The notes: generated from the sequence alone by a model not told the origin. A stretch of DNA of 64,000 bases from Escherichia coli (GCF_046105845.1 NZ_CP151004.1), one strand, 5' to 3'. Positions 19,801 through 30,405 are shown, numbered from the stretch's first letter. Numbers and translations: made by a program.

Positions 19801-22800
19801 ATCAACCCCCATTTCCATGGTGGTGGAACAGTTGAGAACATTTAGTTGCCCATTCTTGAACATCTTTTCATAGCTTTGCAGACGTTCTGACGACTGCTGG
19901 GCAGAGTGCTCGGCAGTGCGATAGTAGAAACCGCCTTCCACGACACGATCGTTGATGTCTGTCCAGACGTTTTCCGACCGCAATTGTGCGATCAGCGGAT
20001 CATTGCTGACCCAGTCGCGTGCTTTTGCCAGACCCTCTGCGTAGTCTTCCTGTGAACGATCCAGCTTCCAGATTTCCGGCATGGTGACTTTCTGCGCGAC
20101 AAAAGTGTCATATTGCGCCTGGGTAAGATGCTCGAACGAAATATGGGTAGGCAGATAAGGGGTTAAGCCTTTAAAAGCCGTATCCAGGATTTTATTGGTT
20201 ACCGGGCAAATCCAGGCATCCGTGATTAATGAAAAAGTCATATGCTCTTTCGGTAAATAAAAACGGTTGCCATCGGGTTTCAGTACTGCAAGCGGTCCGG
20301 TAAGTTGGGCCCATGCTTCTTTCAGCCATGTATTGATAATATCAATAGTCGCCGTATTGACGGTTTTGAATCCAGCCCCCAGCATCAGTAACTTCGCTAA
20401 ACGATGGGATACGTTGCCATTACGAATTTGAGGCCAGCGTCTGTTCTGATTATCTTCAGGATCTTTTGATTCCGGGTTACGGACGAATTTTGATGAAAAA
20501 CGGCTACCGATCCAGTTTTTCAGCTCATCATCCAGCTGTGTGAAGTTGCTCTCACGAACGTAATGATCCAGCGTAACTTTGAGAAAATCGCGCCAGTCAT
20601 CCAGCGTTAATCCTTTTTCCTGCCAGTGCAGAGGGATCTTATGTATTTTCTCCAGCCCCAGGTAACCAACCTGAACCAGCCCTTGTGTTTCCAGGCTGTT
20701 AGTCCGTTTAGGGCGACGCATGAATTCCCGGAATAACAACATTTCCGAAAGCTTTAGAGGCCCGCCGTTTTCATTAAACACTTCAGGCTTAAGATAATGG
20801 TTATATTGCAGAACCGGGCCACGGATATCGGCTCTCTCTTTAAGCTCGTTAACCATTTCTGTCCAGGTTCGGGATACCAGAGTAATTGCAGCTTTTCCAC
20901 CGATTGCAGACTGGTAAGCCTGTTCAAGCTGCTCGGCCTGCGCTTCTGATAATTTCGCTTGATCCGGCAATCCCCAGCTTCGATATTCTTCTGCCTGCTC
21001 ACGGGCTTGCTTTACCCTGGTCGCTAATTTTTCCAGATCGGCATTAGCGTTCGGCGCCGTGGGCGTTTGCGTTCGTTGATGCCAGCTCAGAATTTCGACT
21101 ACGCTTCCGCGTAAGCGACTACGTTCTGCTTCTTGCTGCATACGCACCGCCATCCGGGCTGTCCCTTGTCGACTATCCGTAAAGGTAATGAGTCGACGTC
21201 CTCGCCCTGGCAACGAATCTGGTCCGACGCCCTCTTTGCCTTCATCACTGGCAAAGTCCTGACAATACTCAAGAACGGTAGGCACGATGTTAGTAACGTA
21301 AAATGGCCCACCTAATAATGCACGCCGAAAGGGTTGTTTTCCGCTCATGCCTCGGTAGCCACAGCCGCTGGCGCTACAAACCTGTTCAATATCATTAATA
21401 ATCAGCGGAATGCTGTCATTATTAATAACGCCAATACGGCGCGTCTGACGGTCGAGGCGTTGTAGGGTATAGCCTGTCTCGCTGGTCTCTCCTGCGGCAA
21501 TAATCAACGGAGGCTGGAAACTGTTCTCTTTTTCGACTTTTTCCTCTGTAGTGTCATGTTCAACAGGTACTTCATCCTGCAAGGAGAACTCATCGCCACC
21601 TTTATTTTCCCATTGGACAAGTTTGCCCTTTTTGTCCTGCGCCAGAAGATGAGGCTCATTACAATCATTACAGAACGCCACTTCGTATACAGGGCTTCCA
21701 CAGTCACAATTTTGTCGCTGGTTCACATACACATAGCCAAAGGGCCAGCCTTTTTCGAGCGGTGTACCGTGCTTTAATCTGCAATCTTTATCAACACAAG
21801 CCCATATTCCCTGGGTATTACGCTGGAAGATATGCGCCCTGACTTTAAGAAATGCGGGATCCTTTGCATTAGGTTGAGTCCCTGAACAGACATCGATCCA
21901 ACGCAGTACTTCCTGCTGGCTGTAATGCTGTTTTGTCAGCACGTTTAACCGCTCTGTTATCTCATCCAGCTTCATCGGATTGGGCTGTTTGACCAACATC
22001 TCACGTATGTAACGCGCTTCGGGGGAATGCGTAAGCGCATAAAAGCGATCAGGACTTATACCTTTAATTTTATTATCATTTTTATCTCTTAGATCCAGAT
22101 CGGGTATTTGCTCTATTTCGTCTAACGGAAGAGAAACGTTTTTGGATGGTTCCAGTTCAGGAATCACCCGACTTCCGTCCAGAACATCGATGCGCTCCTT
22201 CGGGATACCGGATAATTCAGAGAGAAATTTTTTCAGCTGCTTTTCGACGTCGCTGCCGGCAATGGTCGCAGAGGTCGCTACAAAGCGCACATCATCTGGC
22301 GTCACGCCAAACGCTGTCATCACACGACGCAGCTGGAGCGCCAGTTCAGCGGCCTGCGACCCGACATAGGTATGCGCTTCATCCAGTACAATCCAGCGTA
22401 GTGATTTTTGTGCTTTGGATTGCTGGATAATCGGGGCGTCGACCTGGCGAACCATCATATATTCCAGCATCGTGCCGTTGGTCACCAGAATCGGGGCAGG
22501 TTCTTCACGCATTTTTTCGCGCGAGAGCACCTCATTCGGCCTTTTTGCCTGTTCGCTTTTTACCGAAGCGTGTAGGTTTTCGGTGTTACCGTTGTAAAGG
22601 CAGTAGCGGATCCCGGTACCAAAACCACGCGTCCAGGCATCCAGACGCTCGCGCTGTGAATTAATCAGGGCGTTCAATGGATAGAGAAAAAGGGCTCGGA
22701 CACCGACCAACGGATTGTTGCCATTTTCATGCAGTTCCCGGTAAAGATCTTCCAGCACCGGTACCATAAAACATTCCGTTTTACCTGAACCCGTACCACT

Positions 22801-23172
22801 GGTTACCACCACTGAATGTTTCTTTTCCAGCAAAGCTTTCCAACTGGCTAACTGGTGTGTAAAAGGCTTCCAGTCAGCACCAAATCGGTACCGGCCATTA
22901 CTCTGATCATCCAGTGAATCAACCACTGCTTTGCTCAACAATGCGTTGCCTTCCGTCAGACTGCGCATCGTGTGGTTTGACTCCTTCCAGCCAAACATTT
23001 GCTGGAATACCGGAGAAGCAAGGAATGAGCCCGGTTTCCCACAATCAGCCCCCATTTGTTGCGCGAGATGTTCACGCAGCTGCGGGTTGGTTACGCCCAT
23101 GATACTGAGCGTTGCTTCAGTTGAACGAGACAACGATTGTTCAATAAGTGACGAAAAATAGCGTGTAGTCAT
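16828..23172 (-). CDS. druE: Giant (2114 aa) SF2 DEAH-box helicase with MrfA-type Zn-binding (DUF1998/MZB-like) Cys clusters; candidate Druantia type III DruE-like defense helicase
   Basis: Walker [10 protein letters not shown] (~22780..22800), DEAH box VLDEAHTY (~22367..22384), SAT motif, motif [10 protein letters not shown] (~19718..19741), Cys4 clusters CHKCG...CSNSACG and [11 protein letters not shown] (~18040..18880). Forms an operon with the 1112-aa gene upstream (12-bp gap). The DruE name is inference from size, architecture and locus, not a verified hit. Confidence 0.75.
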   Translation of the reverse strand: MTTRYFSSLIEQSLSRSTEATLSIMGVTNPQLREHLAQQMGADCGKPGSFLASPVFQQMFGWKESNHTMRSLTEGNALLSKAVVDSLDDQSNGRYRFGADWKPFTHQLASWKALLEKKHSVVVTSGTGSGKTECFMVPVLEDLYRELHENGNNPLVGVRALFLYPLNALINSQRERLDAWTRGFGTGIRYCLYNGNTENLHASVKSEQAKRPNEVLSREKMREEPAPILVTNGTMLEYMMVRQVDAPIIQQSKAQKSLRWIVLDEAHTYVGSQAAELALQLRRVMTAFGVTPDDVRFVATSATIAGSDVEKQLKKFLSELSGIPKERIDVLDGSRVIPELEPSKNVSLPLDEIEQIPDLDLRDKNDNKIKGISPDRFYALTHSPEARYIREMLVKQPNPMKLDEITERLNVLTKQHYSQQEVLRWIDVCSGTQPNAKDPAFLKVRAHIFQRNTQGIWACVDKDCRLKHGTPLEKGWPFGYVYVNQRQNCDCGSPVYEVAFCNDCNEPHLLAQDKKGKLVQWENKGGDEFSLQDEVPVEHDTTEEKVEKENSFQPPLIIAAGETSETGYTLQRLDRQTRRIGVINNDSIPLIINDIEQVCSASGCGYRGMSGKQPFRRALLGGPFYVTNIVPTVLEYCQDFASDEGKEGVGPDSLPGRGRRLITFTDSRQGTARMAVRMQQEAERSRLRGSVVEILSWHQRTQTPTAPNANADLEKLATRVKQAREQAEEYRSWGLPDQAKLSEAQAEQLEQAYQSAIGGKAAITLVSRTWTEMVNELKERADIRGPVLQYNHYLKPEVFNENGGPLKLSEMLLFREFMRRPKRTNSLETQGLVQVGYLGLEKIHKIPLHWQEKGLTLDDWRDFLKVTLDHYVRESNFTQLDDELKNWIGSRFSSKFVRNPESKDPEDNQNRRWPQIRNGNVSHRLAKLLMLGAGFKTVNTATIDIINTWLKEAWAQLTGPLAVLKPDGNRFYLPKEHMTFSLITDAWICPVTNKILDTAFKGLTPYLPTHISFEHLTQAQYDTFVAQKVTMPEIWKLDRSQEDYAEGLAKARDWVSNDPLIAQLRSENVWTDINDRVVEGGFYYRTAEHSAQQSSERLQSYEKMFKNGQLNVLNCSTTMEMGVDIGGITAVVMNNVPPHPANYLQRAGRAGRSKESRAISYTLCKGNPHDQQVFANPLWPFETMIPAPMVAMNSARLVQRHVNALLLSDFLCNVIGETDKEKTSLDSLWFFGEDDGQSKCERFKVWLERPVLDIDTALERLVKGTALHGARAEYLRDKTINAITFLQQRWLSVYRDLVTQERESQPQTPYRKRIELEKKRHCGEYLLRDLAARTFLPGYGFPTDVVTFDNFTMEDYIREKSQKSRDKKDREDNVSRYKGLPSRNLGVAIREYAPGAEIILDGRVFRSAGVSLHWHNINADTNEAQRLDCAWRCHKCGTIGYEEGMSSSGMLFCSNSACGEKIIMDNRRQVLQPAGFVTDAHAPVTNNIETMKFVPVVPAWVFVKAEPVPLPNPLMGYMASGADGHVFQQSLGEGGHGYALCLSCGRAESMLNENDAPKSMEAHYPPRPGKADRDSQNHRLICPGSTALMKNVTLGALARTDVFEMVLRKPQNGEYLPDNTEEGRIVAMTLAVALRQALAGVLGISAAELGYSVRPVRLEDGQSVLAVQLYDVISGGAGFASSAPVHIEAILQGMVKQLGCRHCETACSECLLDSQTRHDHDLLDRKAALAWLGDDFTYYIGLPDEETFSLPDARYCPGAIGDTIRRAINEGAEKLTLWMTGAPNEWDLYARQFRAAVQNYRLKDNVEVDLVIPAGVDDPDLLHELSQFTALGVRLCHVEQDLKLPIVAQVTFADRVMTLASRSQQATIPGPEWHLNDELVVRSLGYKTVELNEFILPAKAANAVERVKDIQIHKQLNGPLSQFGQRFWDVLFNDHEEAQSLMNNTRITGVHYTDRYLQNPVALALLGSILRPLKTKLTDGAEVTLDTLFKDKDRPGNRPFHDWMSIADFQDFADQWFAAALGRPVELTVFDSPRDIPHHRKLTVTFDDGQVLKIRFDQGMGYWRINFASQWHYFDFRDDVSFQLVKMAQACKEGNVANSEESWATDVLVEVIAS

Positions 23173-23184
23173 CCTTATTCCTTT

Positions 23185-26100
23185 TTATTTTTTAGCAACA
23201 TAACGCAACAGGCTGCACTGAAAGATGGTCTTAAACCAGCGGGAATCGAAGTCCCTGACTTGCCTCAGGAAAAATACGGCACCGGGTTTACGGTCAAATA
23301 CAGCTTCAAAAGAAGTATTTCCGCTTGCCACAGCTGCAGCGAAGACGGGTAACCAGGCCACGGAATAGCGGTGATTTGCGTCAGGATTAATACCAATCAC
23401 TGGCTTTTTTTGTGACATCATCCATTTATACAGACGCTTGCAGCCATATTCAGGCCAGCGAGCTTCACTGTGCTCACGTAAAAGCTCCTGATACCACCCG
23501 TGGACACAAGATTCAGGAATAGACGGAGGGAGATATCCGTTACTTAACCATTTCTCAATTTCATCGGCATATGTCGGGAACACGAGCCCCAGCCGTTGAA
23601 ACATATTAGTAACCAGTAATTTCTGGGTTTCCTCCGGTGCACCTTTTTGGCTCAGGAACAATTTGAAACGCTCAGATGCAGCTTTGATCTCAAAGATGGG
23701 GAAAAACTCCCATAGAATAGGGAACTCATTCTCAATACGACTCAGGTACTCTGCTGACATTTCAAATTTGAAGAGCGACATTGCCAATGCCTGCGGATGC
23801 TGCACCAGTGCACGCCATACTTCAAAGGTTGCCAGTGGTAAATACCCGAATTGATCGTACAGGCTACGCATAAATTGCCAGCCGGAATGGGCAGGATCGT
23901 TAGCCATCTGTCCGAGAACCAGTGTGATGGTATTAACTTCTGCCTGTGGATTAAAAAGCTGGGTCGCTTTCTGCAATGAGCGGATGTTGCTTTCTTCTAC
24001 CGGTAACGAAGATTCGCCACGAATGAAGCAGGGACGAAAAGCCATCTCTTCACCCGGTTTAGGGACAACCAACCACGGTCCATTTTTGTTAACGATTGAG
24101 CTCAACTCATATTCACCGACAGGCACTCCCTCGCTCATTCTAGATGCTAAGGGAATGGATTTCCTCTCGGGTTCACTTAACAGCATGATAACGGGGGAAG
24201 GAATCTGCCCAGCACGATGGTTCACTGACTGGCTGAGTAATAGTTCTTTTTCATAATCATAGCGCAGGCTGTATTTATAGCGACGAATTTGCCAGGCCAT
24301 GACCACACCTGCCCCCGTAATACGCATCTCAACAACCTGATCAATACCTGCCTCAAGTGAAATCAGGTTCTCAATATGTTCGCGAAGACTATAGAGATTC
24401 AATTCAACAGGACGATCGCTCAACGCCGTATAACACCATTCATGCCATGCCTGTAATCCACTAACGGAGCGCAAATACAACTGCAATGTATATTTTGTCG
24501 GCTCACCATTTCTGGAGAACAGAAACGCTCTGGAACCCAGCAGATCATGCAGCGTAATGTTTTTATCCAGAGGACGTCCGTTTACATCAAGAGCGAGACA
24601 GCCTTTAGCGGGAAAAGGTAACTCAATGTCGATGGGGTCAGCCGCCAAATTAGGCAGAACTTGTAATGTAATAAATGCCGGAGGTACCCCTTCCGCTTTA
24701 AGTTGTATCTCTGTTCGCCCCTCAGTACGCTTACGTGTAGCCTCCAATGTTTTATCTTTAAGTTTTGCTACACAAGGATGCTGTGTGGTGATTAAGATAG
24801 TGCCTTCATTTGCGTGCATTCCACCTTTTATCTCAATACTGAAATCAGCAGGCAAGATACCGATTTTGCGACGCAAGAGCGTTTCATTGTTACTATTACG
24901 GATAGAAAGATATTGAGCCCCCAGCATCTCTTGTATATGACATTGCTCAATTGAAATTCCGCTCAGGTAACGCGTTACATCAATGCTTTGAATATCCGGT
25001 AGTGTAGAAATGACTTTTGGTACACCAATAAATGTTTCATCTGGATGACAAACCCAGCTTGCACGCTTTCCATTTAGAGCAAACCTTCCGATGCTGATTT
25101 GTTCTCTTCCGGTGCGAATCCGATAAGTTTCATTTGCTGTAACTGTAACGTCCTGACATCCCTTCACAGGTAGTGCTTTTAGTCCTAATACGTTTACTGC
25201 GCTCGATTGGCCATCAAAACCAGCAACATTGCTATTATCCCGAGGGAGTACAATCAGAACATCGCTGCTTCGCACACTGCAAGAAGCCTGTCCCTGTAAC
25301 AGCCATTGATCTGCATCAACGATGAAGGTTAACGGCACCTCACCAATGGCAATTTCACTGTCATCAAGTTTAATGCTCCCAACAATCATCCCTCCAGCAC
25401 GAGCCACTAATGACAAACCTGCCGATGGATTTTGCCTGACAAATCTCACTTCGCTTTTACGTAATCGAACTGTTGCCTGTCTGTTTTCCAGGGAAGCATA
25501 GGCTGGCCCAAGGCCAGAGACTTCCTCACCATCTTCACAAATGGCAAGTTCAAAGCGCGTAGTTGACGGCTCGCTTGTTACAGGAAAGGAAACTTCGTCC
25601 GGAAGAGATACTATCACCCTAAGCTCATCTGGATGCTTTTCTGACCAATAGAATTGGCAACGCGTACTCTTATTTTTTTGTAGTCGAGGCTTAGCCTCTA
25701 CAGAGGCTGCGCATAGCAGTCCATTCAAAAAATGCGTTCCTGTTTCATCATCTAACGGTATTGGAAACTCGCTTCGCCAGGTAGGGTGAACCTTCTCAAG
25801 CTGTTGTACTGGTTCTTTGTGATTTATTAGGTTGTGAGTAAGTACTAAGGAATTGAGGTTATCAGCCATATGACTGATAAGTTCTACAGAGGTATCTTCG
25901 CTAAAAACAGTTGGCAGCGCTGATTTTTCTATGACAGCTCTTGCCAGCGAAAGGGCAGAAAAACCTGACTGCTTTGCTTGCTCATATTGTCCAAGGATCC
26001 TGGAGAAAACAGCCAGAAAGCGACTGTCTGATTCTTTGAGTAGCCGGAAAGGTAAACCACCTTCACTGAATAATGTTCCGAGAAAATTGCGTCGTTCAGA

Positions 26101-26523
26101 TTCATAAAATCGAATTGGGCGCAGCCAGTAATCTTCCATCCCTTTCGGTACGATAGTACCAAGCTCTGTGGCGGTGAATGAAATCCCTATTTTTTTATAT
26201 ATAGGGTCCCACGTCCATCCGCATTGCCGTTCATAATCCCTGCGGTACCACTCAGAGCAAAAAAGAACAAAACAGGCAGCAAAGTCCCTATTACATATAT
26301 TAGATTGTGATTGATCGACCGCACGGAGTAGCTGCGTTAATTGGGTATATTCATCATTGGTTGCATGATATTCATAAAGAGGACGGCCATCCGGTTGTCT
26401 CAACCCTCTAAGATTCACAAAGTTACTTAGCCAGGAAGTACATTTTACCCATGAAATGTATTCTGATTGACCCAAAGCAAGCTCCTTAGAGATAAAAGAT
26501 ACAAAAACAAAACCCCACAACAC
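23185..26523 (-). CDS. druH: Large (1096-1112 aa) protein of unknown function encoded immediately upstream of the giant helicase; candidate Druantia type III DruH-like partner
   Basis: Uninterrupted 1112-codon ORF with no recognisable catalytic motifs, co-directional and near-contiguous with the helicase gene. Start is uncertain: GTG at 26523, or TTG at 26475 preceded by a strong AAGGAG SD. An AT-rich promoter region lies upstream (26524..26970). Confidence 0.65.
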   Translation of the reverse strand: MLWGFVFVSFISKELALGQSEYISWVKCTSWLSNFVNLRGLRQPDGRPLYEYHATNDEYTQLTQLLRAVDQSQSNICNRDFAACFVLFCSEWYRRDYERQCGWTWDPIYKKIGISFTATELGTIVPKGMEDYWLRPIRFYESERRNFLGTLFSEGGLPFRLLKESDSRFLAVFSRILGQYEQAKQSGFSALSLARAVIEKSALPTVFSEDTSVELISHMADNLNSLVLTHNLINHKEPVQQLEKVHPTWRSEFPIPLDDETGTHFLNGLLCAASVEAKPRLQKNKSTRCQFYWSEKHPDELRVIVSLPDEVSFPVTSEPSTTRFELAICEDGEEVSGLGPAYASLENRQATVRLRKSEVRFVRQNPSAGLSLVARAGGMIVGSIKLDDSEIAIGEVPLTFIVDADQWLLQGQASCSVRSSDVLIVLPRDNSNVAGFDGQSSAVNVLGLKALPVKGCQDVTVTANETYRIRTGREQISIGRFALNGKRASWVCHPDETFIGVPKVISTLPDIQSIDVTRYLSGISIEQCHIQEMLGAQYLSIRNSNNETLLRRKIGILPADFSIEIKGGMHANEGTILITTQHPCVAKLKDKTLEATRKRTEGRTEIQLKAEGVPPAFITLQVLPNLAADPIDIELPFPAKGCLALDVNGRPLDKNITLHDLLGSRAFLFSRNGEPTKYTLQLYLRSVSGLQAWHEWCYTALSDRPVELNLYSLREHIENLISLEAGIDQVVEMRITGAGVVMAWQIRRYKYSLRYDYEKELLLSQSVNHRAGQIPSPVIMLLSEPERKSIPLASRMSEGVPVGEYELSSIVNKNGPWLVVPKPGEEMAFRPCFIRGESSLPVEESNIRSLQKATQLFNPQAEVNTITLVLGQMANDPAHSGWQFMRSLYDQFGYLPLATFEVWRALVQHPQALAMSLFKFEMSAEYLSRIENEFPILWEFFPIFEIKAASERFKLFLSQKGAPEETQKLLVTNMFQRLGLVFPTYADEIEKWLSNGYLPPSIPESCVHGWYQELLREHSEARWPEYGCKRLYKWMMSQKKPVIGINPDANHRYSVAWLPVFAAAVASGNTSFEAVFDRKPGAVFFLRQVRDFDSRWFKTIFQCSLLRYVAKK

Positions 26524-26973
26524 TTCTAATTTGAAAGAAAACTTTTCAAAATATCGTATAATTAATCAGGCGGCAACAACTAATTTTTCAGGTCGGTACT
26601 ATAAATTAATTTTAGATAAAAATGATATCAACCATCTATTAATCACAACTCATTTATCACCTGGTTTTATAATTTCAAATGAAAATAAATCTCAAACAAT
26701 CAAAAAGTATGCAGTAGCTAACATTTAACTTTCCAGGATATAAAACAATTAGAGAAACTGCACAATAGCGAATAATGAAAGTTGTAAAGTCAGTCAAAAA
26801 ACACAAGCAATCAGTGTGCGTTTTTTGACCGTTATCGACATGAGTTTAAAGAGTTTAGTGAAGAAGATATTCCTGTACACTCCATACCTATTGATGAATT
26901 GTCTCGGGAAAATTTTTATAACTTAATTTAAAAACATAAAAACGTTTTATTATATATAAATCTATACCCCCCC

Positions 26974-27138
26974 TCACTCCACATCCTCCCTGCGTAACCC
27001 AATATCCCTCAACCGCTCATCACTCATCTGCTGTAACACCCGCCGGGCCTGCATTTGCCGCCGCCAACGCCTCACTGCCTGCCAGAGTTGCACAAGTCCA
27101 ATAAACGGTGCTTTAGCTTTGTTTTCGTGAAATTCCAT
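26974..27138 (-). CDS. yjiS: DUF1127-family small protein YjiS (54 aa)
   Basis: Translated by hand: MEFHENKAKAPFIGLVQLWQAVRRWRRQMQARRVLQQMSDERLRDIGLRREDVE, with a GAGGAGG RBS upstream. Below the 60-aa cut-off of the ORF track. Confidence 0.75.
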   Translation of the reverse strand: MEFHENKAKAPFIGLVQLWQAVRRWRRQMQARRVLQQMSDERLRDIGLRREDVE

Positions 27139-27314
27139 CTGCTGCCTCCTCATCTTTCAGAGGCTTCATCATCCGTCTTCTGGCAGTTCACAATACAGAT
27201 GCAAATATTAGTTTTATTTAACATACAGACAGGTTAAAACAGCATCTGCATCCGGTTTTTTAGCCTCATCTGTACCGGTTTTTCTCTCTGTATGGTCCAA
27301 ATAAGGAACACAGC

Positions 27315-28727
27315 ATGACGCGTTATCAACATCTGGCGACTCTACTTGCCGAGCGGATTGAGCAGGGGCTGTATCGTCACGGGGAGAAATTGCCGTCGGT
27401 GCGCAGCTTAAGTCAGGAGCACGGCGTCAGTATCAGCACCGTGCAGCAAGCGTACCAGACGCTGGAGACGATGAAGCTCATCACTCCGCAGCCGCGTTCG
27501 GGTTATTTTGTCGCACAACGTAAAGCCCAGCCGCCAGTGCCGCCGATGACGCGTCCGGTGCAGCGCCCGGTGGAAATAACCCAGTGGGATCAGGTGCTGG
27601 ACATGCTGGAGGCGCATAGCGACAGTTCCATTGTTCCGTTAAGCAAAAGCACGCCGGATGTCGAAACGCCCAGCCTGAAACCGCTCTGGCGGGAGCTAAG
27701 CCGGGTGGTGCAGCATAATCTGCAAACCGTTCTCGGTTATGACTTGTTAGCCGGTCAGCGGGTATTGCGCGAGCAGATTGCCCGCCTGATGCTCGACAGC
27801 GGCTCGGTAGTCACCGCCGATGACATCATCATTACCAGCGGCTGCCATAATTCGATGTCGATGGCGTTAATGGCGGTGTGTAAACCGGGCGATATTGTCG
27901 CGGTCGAATCCCCCTGTTATTACGGTTCGATGCAGATGCTGCGCGGCATGGGCGTGAAAGTGATTGAAATCCCAACCGATCCAGAAACTGGCATCAGCGT
28001 TGAAGCGCTGGAATTGGCGCTGGAACAGTGGCCGATTAAAGGCATCATTCTGGTGCCAAACTGTAATAATCCGCTGGGATTTATTATGCCGGACGCGCGC
28101 AAACGGGCCGTTCTCTCGCTCGCTCAGCGTCATGATATTGTGATTTTTGAAGATGATGTCTACGGCGAACTGGCGACGGAGTATCCGCGCCCGCGGACCA
28201 TTCATTCCTGGGATATCGACGGGCGAGTGCTACTGTGCAGCTCGTTCAGTAAAAGTATTGCACCTGGCCTGCGCGTGGGTTGGGTCGCACCGGGGCGTTA
28301 TCACGATAAACTGATGCATATGAAATACGCCATCAGCAGCTTTAATGTGCCGTCCACGCAAATGGCGGCGGCAACGTTTGTGCTGGAAGGTCACTATCAT
28401 CGCCATATCCGGCGGATGCGGCAGATCTATCAGCGCAATCTGGCACTTTATACCTGCTGGATACGGGAATATTTTCCCTGCGAAATCTGTATTACGCGCC
28501 CGAAAGGCGGATTTTTACTGTGGATAGAATTGCCTGAACAGGTCGATATGGTCTGCGTCGCGCGGCAGCTGTGCCGCATGAAAATCCAGGTGGCGGCAGG
28601 CTCGATTTTCTCGGCTTCCGGCAAATACCGTAATTGTCTGCGCATCAACTGCGCTTTGCCGCTCAGCGAAACCTATCGCGAAGCACTAAAACAAATTGGC
28701 GAGGCCGTGTATCGGGCAATGAAATGA
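27315..28727 (+). CDS. yjiR: MocR-family transcriptional regulator (GntR-type HTH fused to a PLP-dependent aminotransferase-like domain) YjiR, 470 aa
   Basis: N-terminal GntR HTH (LPSVRSLSQEHGVSISTVQQAYQTLE) followed by an aminotransferase class I/II-like domain (SFSKSIAPGLRVGW). Confidence 0.9.
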   Translation: MTRYQHLATLLAERIEQGLYRHGEKLPSVRSLSQEHGVSISTVQQAYQTLETMKLITPQPRSGYFVAQRKAQPPVPPMTRPVQRPVEITQWDQVLDMLEAHSDSSIVPLSKSTPDVETPSLKPLWRELSRVVQHNLQTVLGYDLLAGQRVLREQIARLMLDSGSVVTADDIIITSGCHNSMSMALMAVCKPGDIVAVESPCYYGSMQMLRGMGVKVIEIPTDPETGISVEALELALEQWPIKGIILVPNCNNPLGFIMPDARKRAVLSLAQRHDIVIFEDDVYGELATEYPRPRTIHSWDIDGRVLLCSSFSKSIAPGLRVGWVAPGRYHDKLMHMKYAISSFNVPSTQMAAATFVLEGHYHRHIRRMRQIYQRNLALYTCWIREYFPCEICITRPKGGFLLWIELPEQVDMVCVARQLCRMKIQVAAGSIFSASGKYRNCLRINCALPLSETYREALKQIGEAVYRAMK

Positions 28728-28843
28728 ATTCGAAATAGTGGCGAGCCCCCTGATTTCCTCTCACGAATAGCGTGTGACTCGTTTTAACTTTGCAGGGTCA
28801 TCTCCACGTTCCAGCATGGCTTAGGCAAAATGCGCTTCGTTCA

Positions 28844-28943
28844 TGCCGGATGCCATGTGAACGCCTTACCAGGGCTACAAAAATCTTTAAAATTCAATAT
28901 ATTGAATTAGTTATGTAGACCTGATAAGCGTAGCACATCAGGC
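28844..28943. repeat. Two REP-like palindromic elements in the yjiR–rpnD intergenic region
   Basis: TGCCGGATGCCATGTGAACGCCTTACCAGGGCTAC and CCTGATAAGCGTAGCACATCAGGC, which match REP-type consensus fragments. Confidence 0.45.
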
Positions 28944-28970
28944 AGCTTTGCGTTTGTCATCAGTCTCTGA

Positions 28971-29928
28971 TTAGTACTCGATCCAAGGATCGCGCTTGCT
29001 TTCAGGCAAGGGCTGCTCTAATGCCTGCATTTGCTCTGCCGAGAGTCCGGTATATCGTTGTATCCATTCAGGATCTGCCCCATTCTGCAACAACAATCGG
29101 AGGAGGCTCCGTTCCCCTTCTACTTTCCCTTCTTTCCTCCCCCTCTCCCTTCCCAACAGCCATCCATCATTATGAATTCGCTCTGCAATCGTCATTATTC
29201 GCTCCCTTTGTTGTGGCATTCGACTGGTTAGTTCGCTGATAAACTCTTTAAAACGCGCTTCATCGCCAGTCAGTAAAATGTAATTTAACAGCGCAGTTAT
29301 CTGGCTGTCATTAGTACACTCTGTAACCAGTAATACTACCAGTTGGTCGATAAGTCCCATCAGATCGCGCTGGCGAATATGCTTTTGGATCAACTCCAAC
29401 AGGGCGACTCTGCGATGCTGCACAATCTCGTCGTCTGGCACGACAGTGACATCCACCAGCGGGAACGCGGCGTTATAAACTTTCCGTGCGGTAGCCGGGT
29501 CGGCAAATTCGTCCAGCCAGCACAGGGACCAGGGATAAGGACTACGGCTACCGTGATAAAACAGCATCGGGATGACCAGCGGTAGCGGCCGGCGTTTATC
29601 ATGCTCGATATGGCGCTGCATCACCGCCATGGAATAGCGCATAAGGCGAAACGCCATATGAATATCCTCGCGGCTCTGATGTTCAATCACTACGTAAATA
29701 TAACCATCACCTTCACGGGTCTTTACCGACCACAGAAATATCGGAATGTAGCGCCCGCAATTTTTCATCGACAAAGCTGGCGGATTCCAGTTTTAAGCTG
29801 TCGAGATCGCACAGTTCACGTAAATCTTTGGGTAAGTGGATCTCCATAAAATCCCGCGCGGTGTCAGGGTGCGTGAGAAAGGATTTAAATAATGCGTCAT
29901 GCGGCGTGCTGGTTGTGAAGTTTGTCAT
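28971..29928 (-). pseudogene. rpnD: Rpn (YhgA-like, transposase_31 / PD-(D/E)XK) recombination-promoting nuclease, disrupted by a frameshift
   Basis: N-terminal fragment (29713..29928; [33 protein letters not shown]...) and C-terminal fragment (28971..29774; ...[21 protein letters not shown]...) are in different frames, overlapping around 29713..29774, consistent with a 1-nt indel. Confidence 0.7.
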
Positions 29929-30405
29929 GGCGATCCGTCACCTGTAGATAAGATGGCCCGACTGTAGCGACTAACAAAACCATTCTCACCCGGCAATTTC
30001 TCGTTCCCCGAGGCGCTTTCCAGGCTATTTTTATTCTTCTGCAAACGATACATTTTTCCGGAAACAGGCTCGCATTTTACATTTCCTGTACCCGGCAGAT
30101 ATTCCCCTTTCCACCGCGCTCTTTTGATTAACCGCAAATTTTAATTACACTTAAGGTGTATATTTTCTATGCAACCCATCAATTCAAGAGGTGTAATGTG
30201 CTGATGACTATTTGTAATCGTTATACATTCTGACCTGGAGTCAGAAGGTATTTCTCTGTCTGTGTGTTCACAGGCAGTGTGGTTGATTACATGAAATTCA
30301 GTACATTTGCAGTCTCGTTGCCCTTCTCGCCTGCCTTTCGTCATTACCGACGGTATTGAATTTCGTTTTCCCCGTTGGGGTTCTCCGGACAAGGAGTTGT
30401 TTGTT

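Noticed and set aside
16828-26523. Alternative readings of the helicase operon: DISARM (DrmA/DrmB), Zorya, or a Lhr/MrfA-type repair helicase
   Set aside because: DISARM would require a neighbouring DUF1998-only DrmB, a PLD-family DrmC and a methyltransferase; Zorya would require MotAB-like genes; none is present. A two-gene large protein + giant DUF1998 helicase arrangement fits Druantia type III better, though this remains unverified without a profile search.
26531-26728. 65-aa plus-strand ORF in the AT-rich region upstream of the druH-like gene
   Set aside because: No RBS, AT-rich low-complexity translation; more likely promoter or leader DNA for the large operon.
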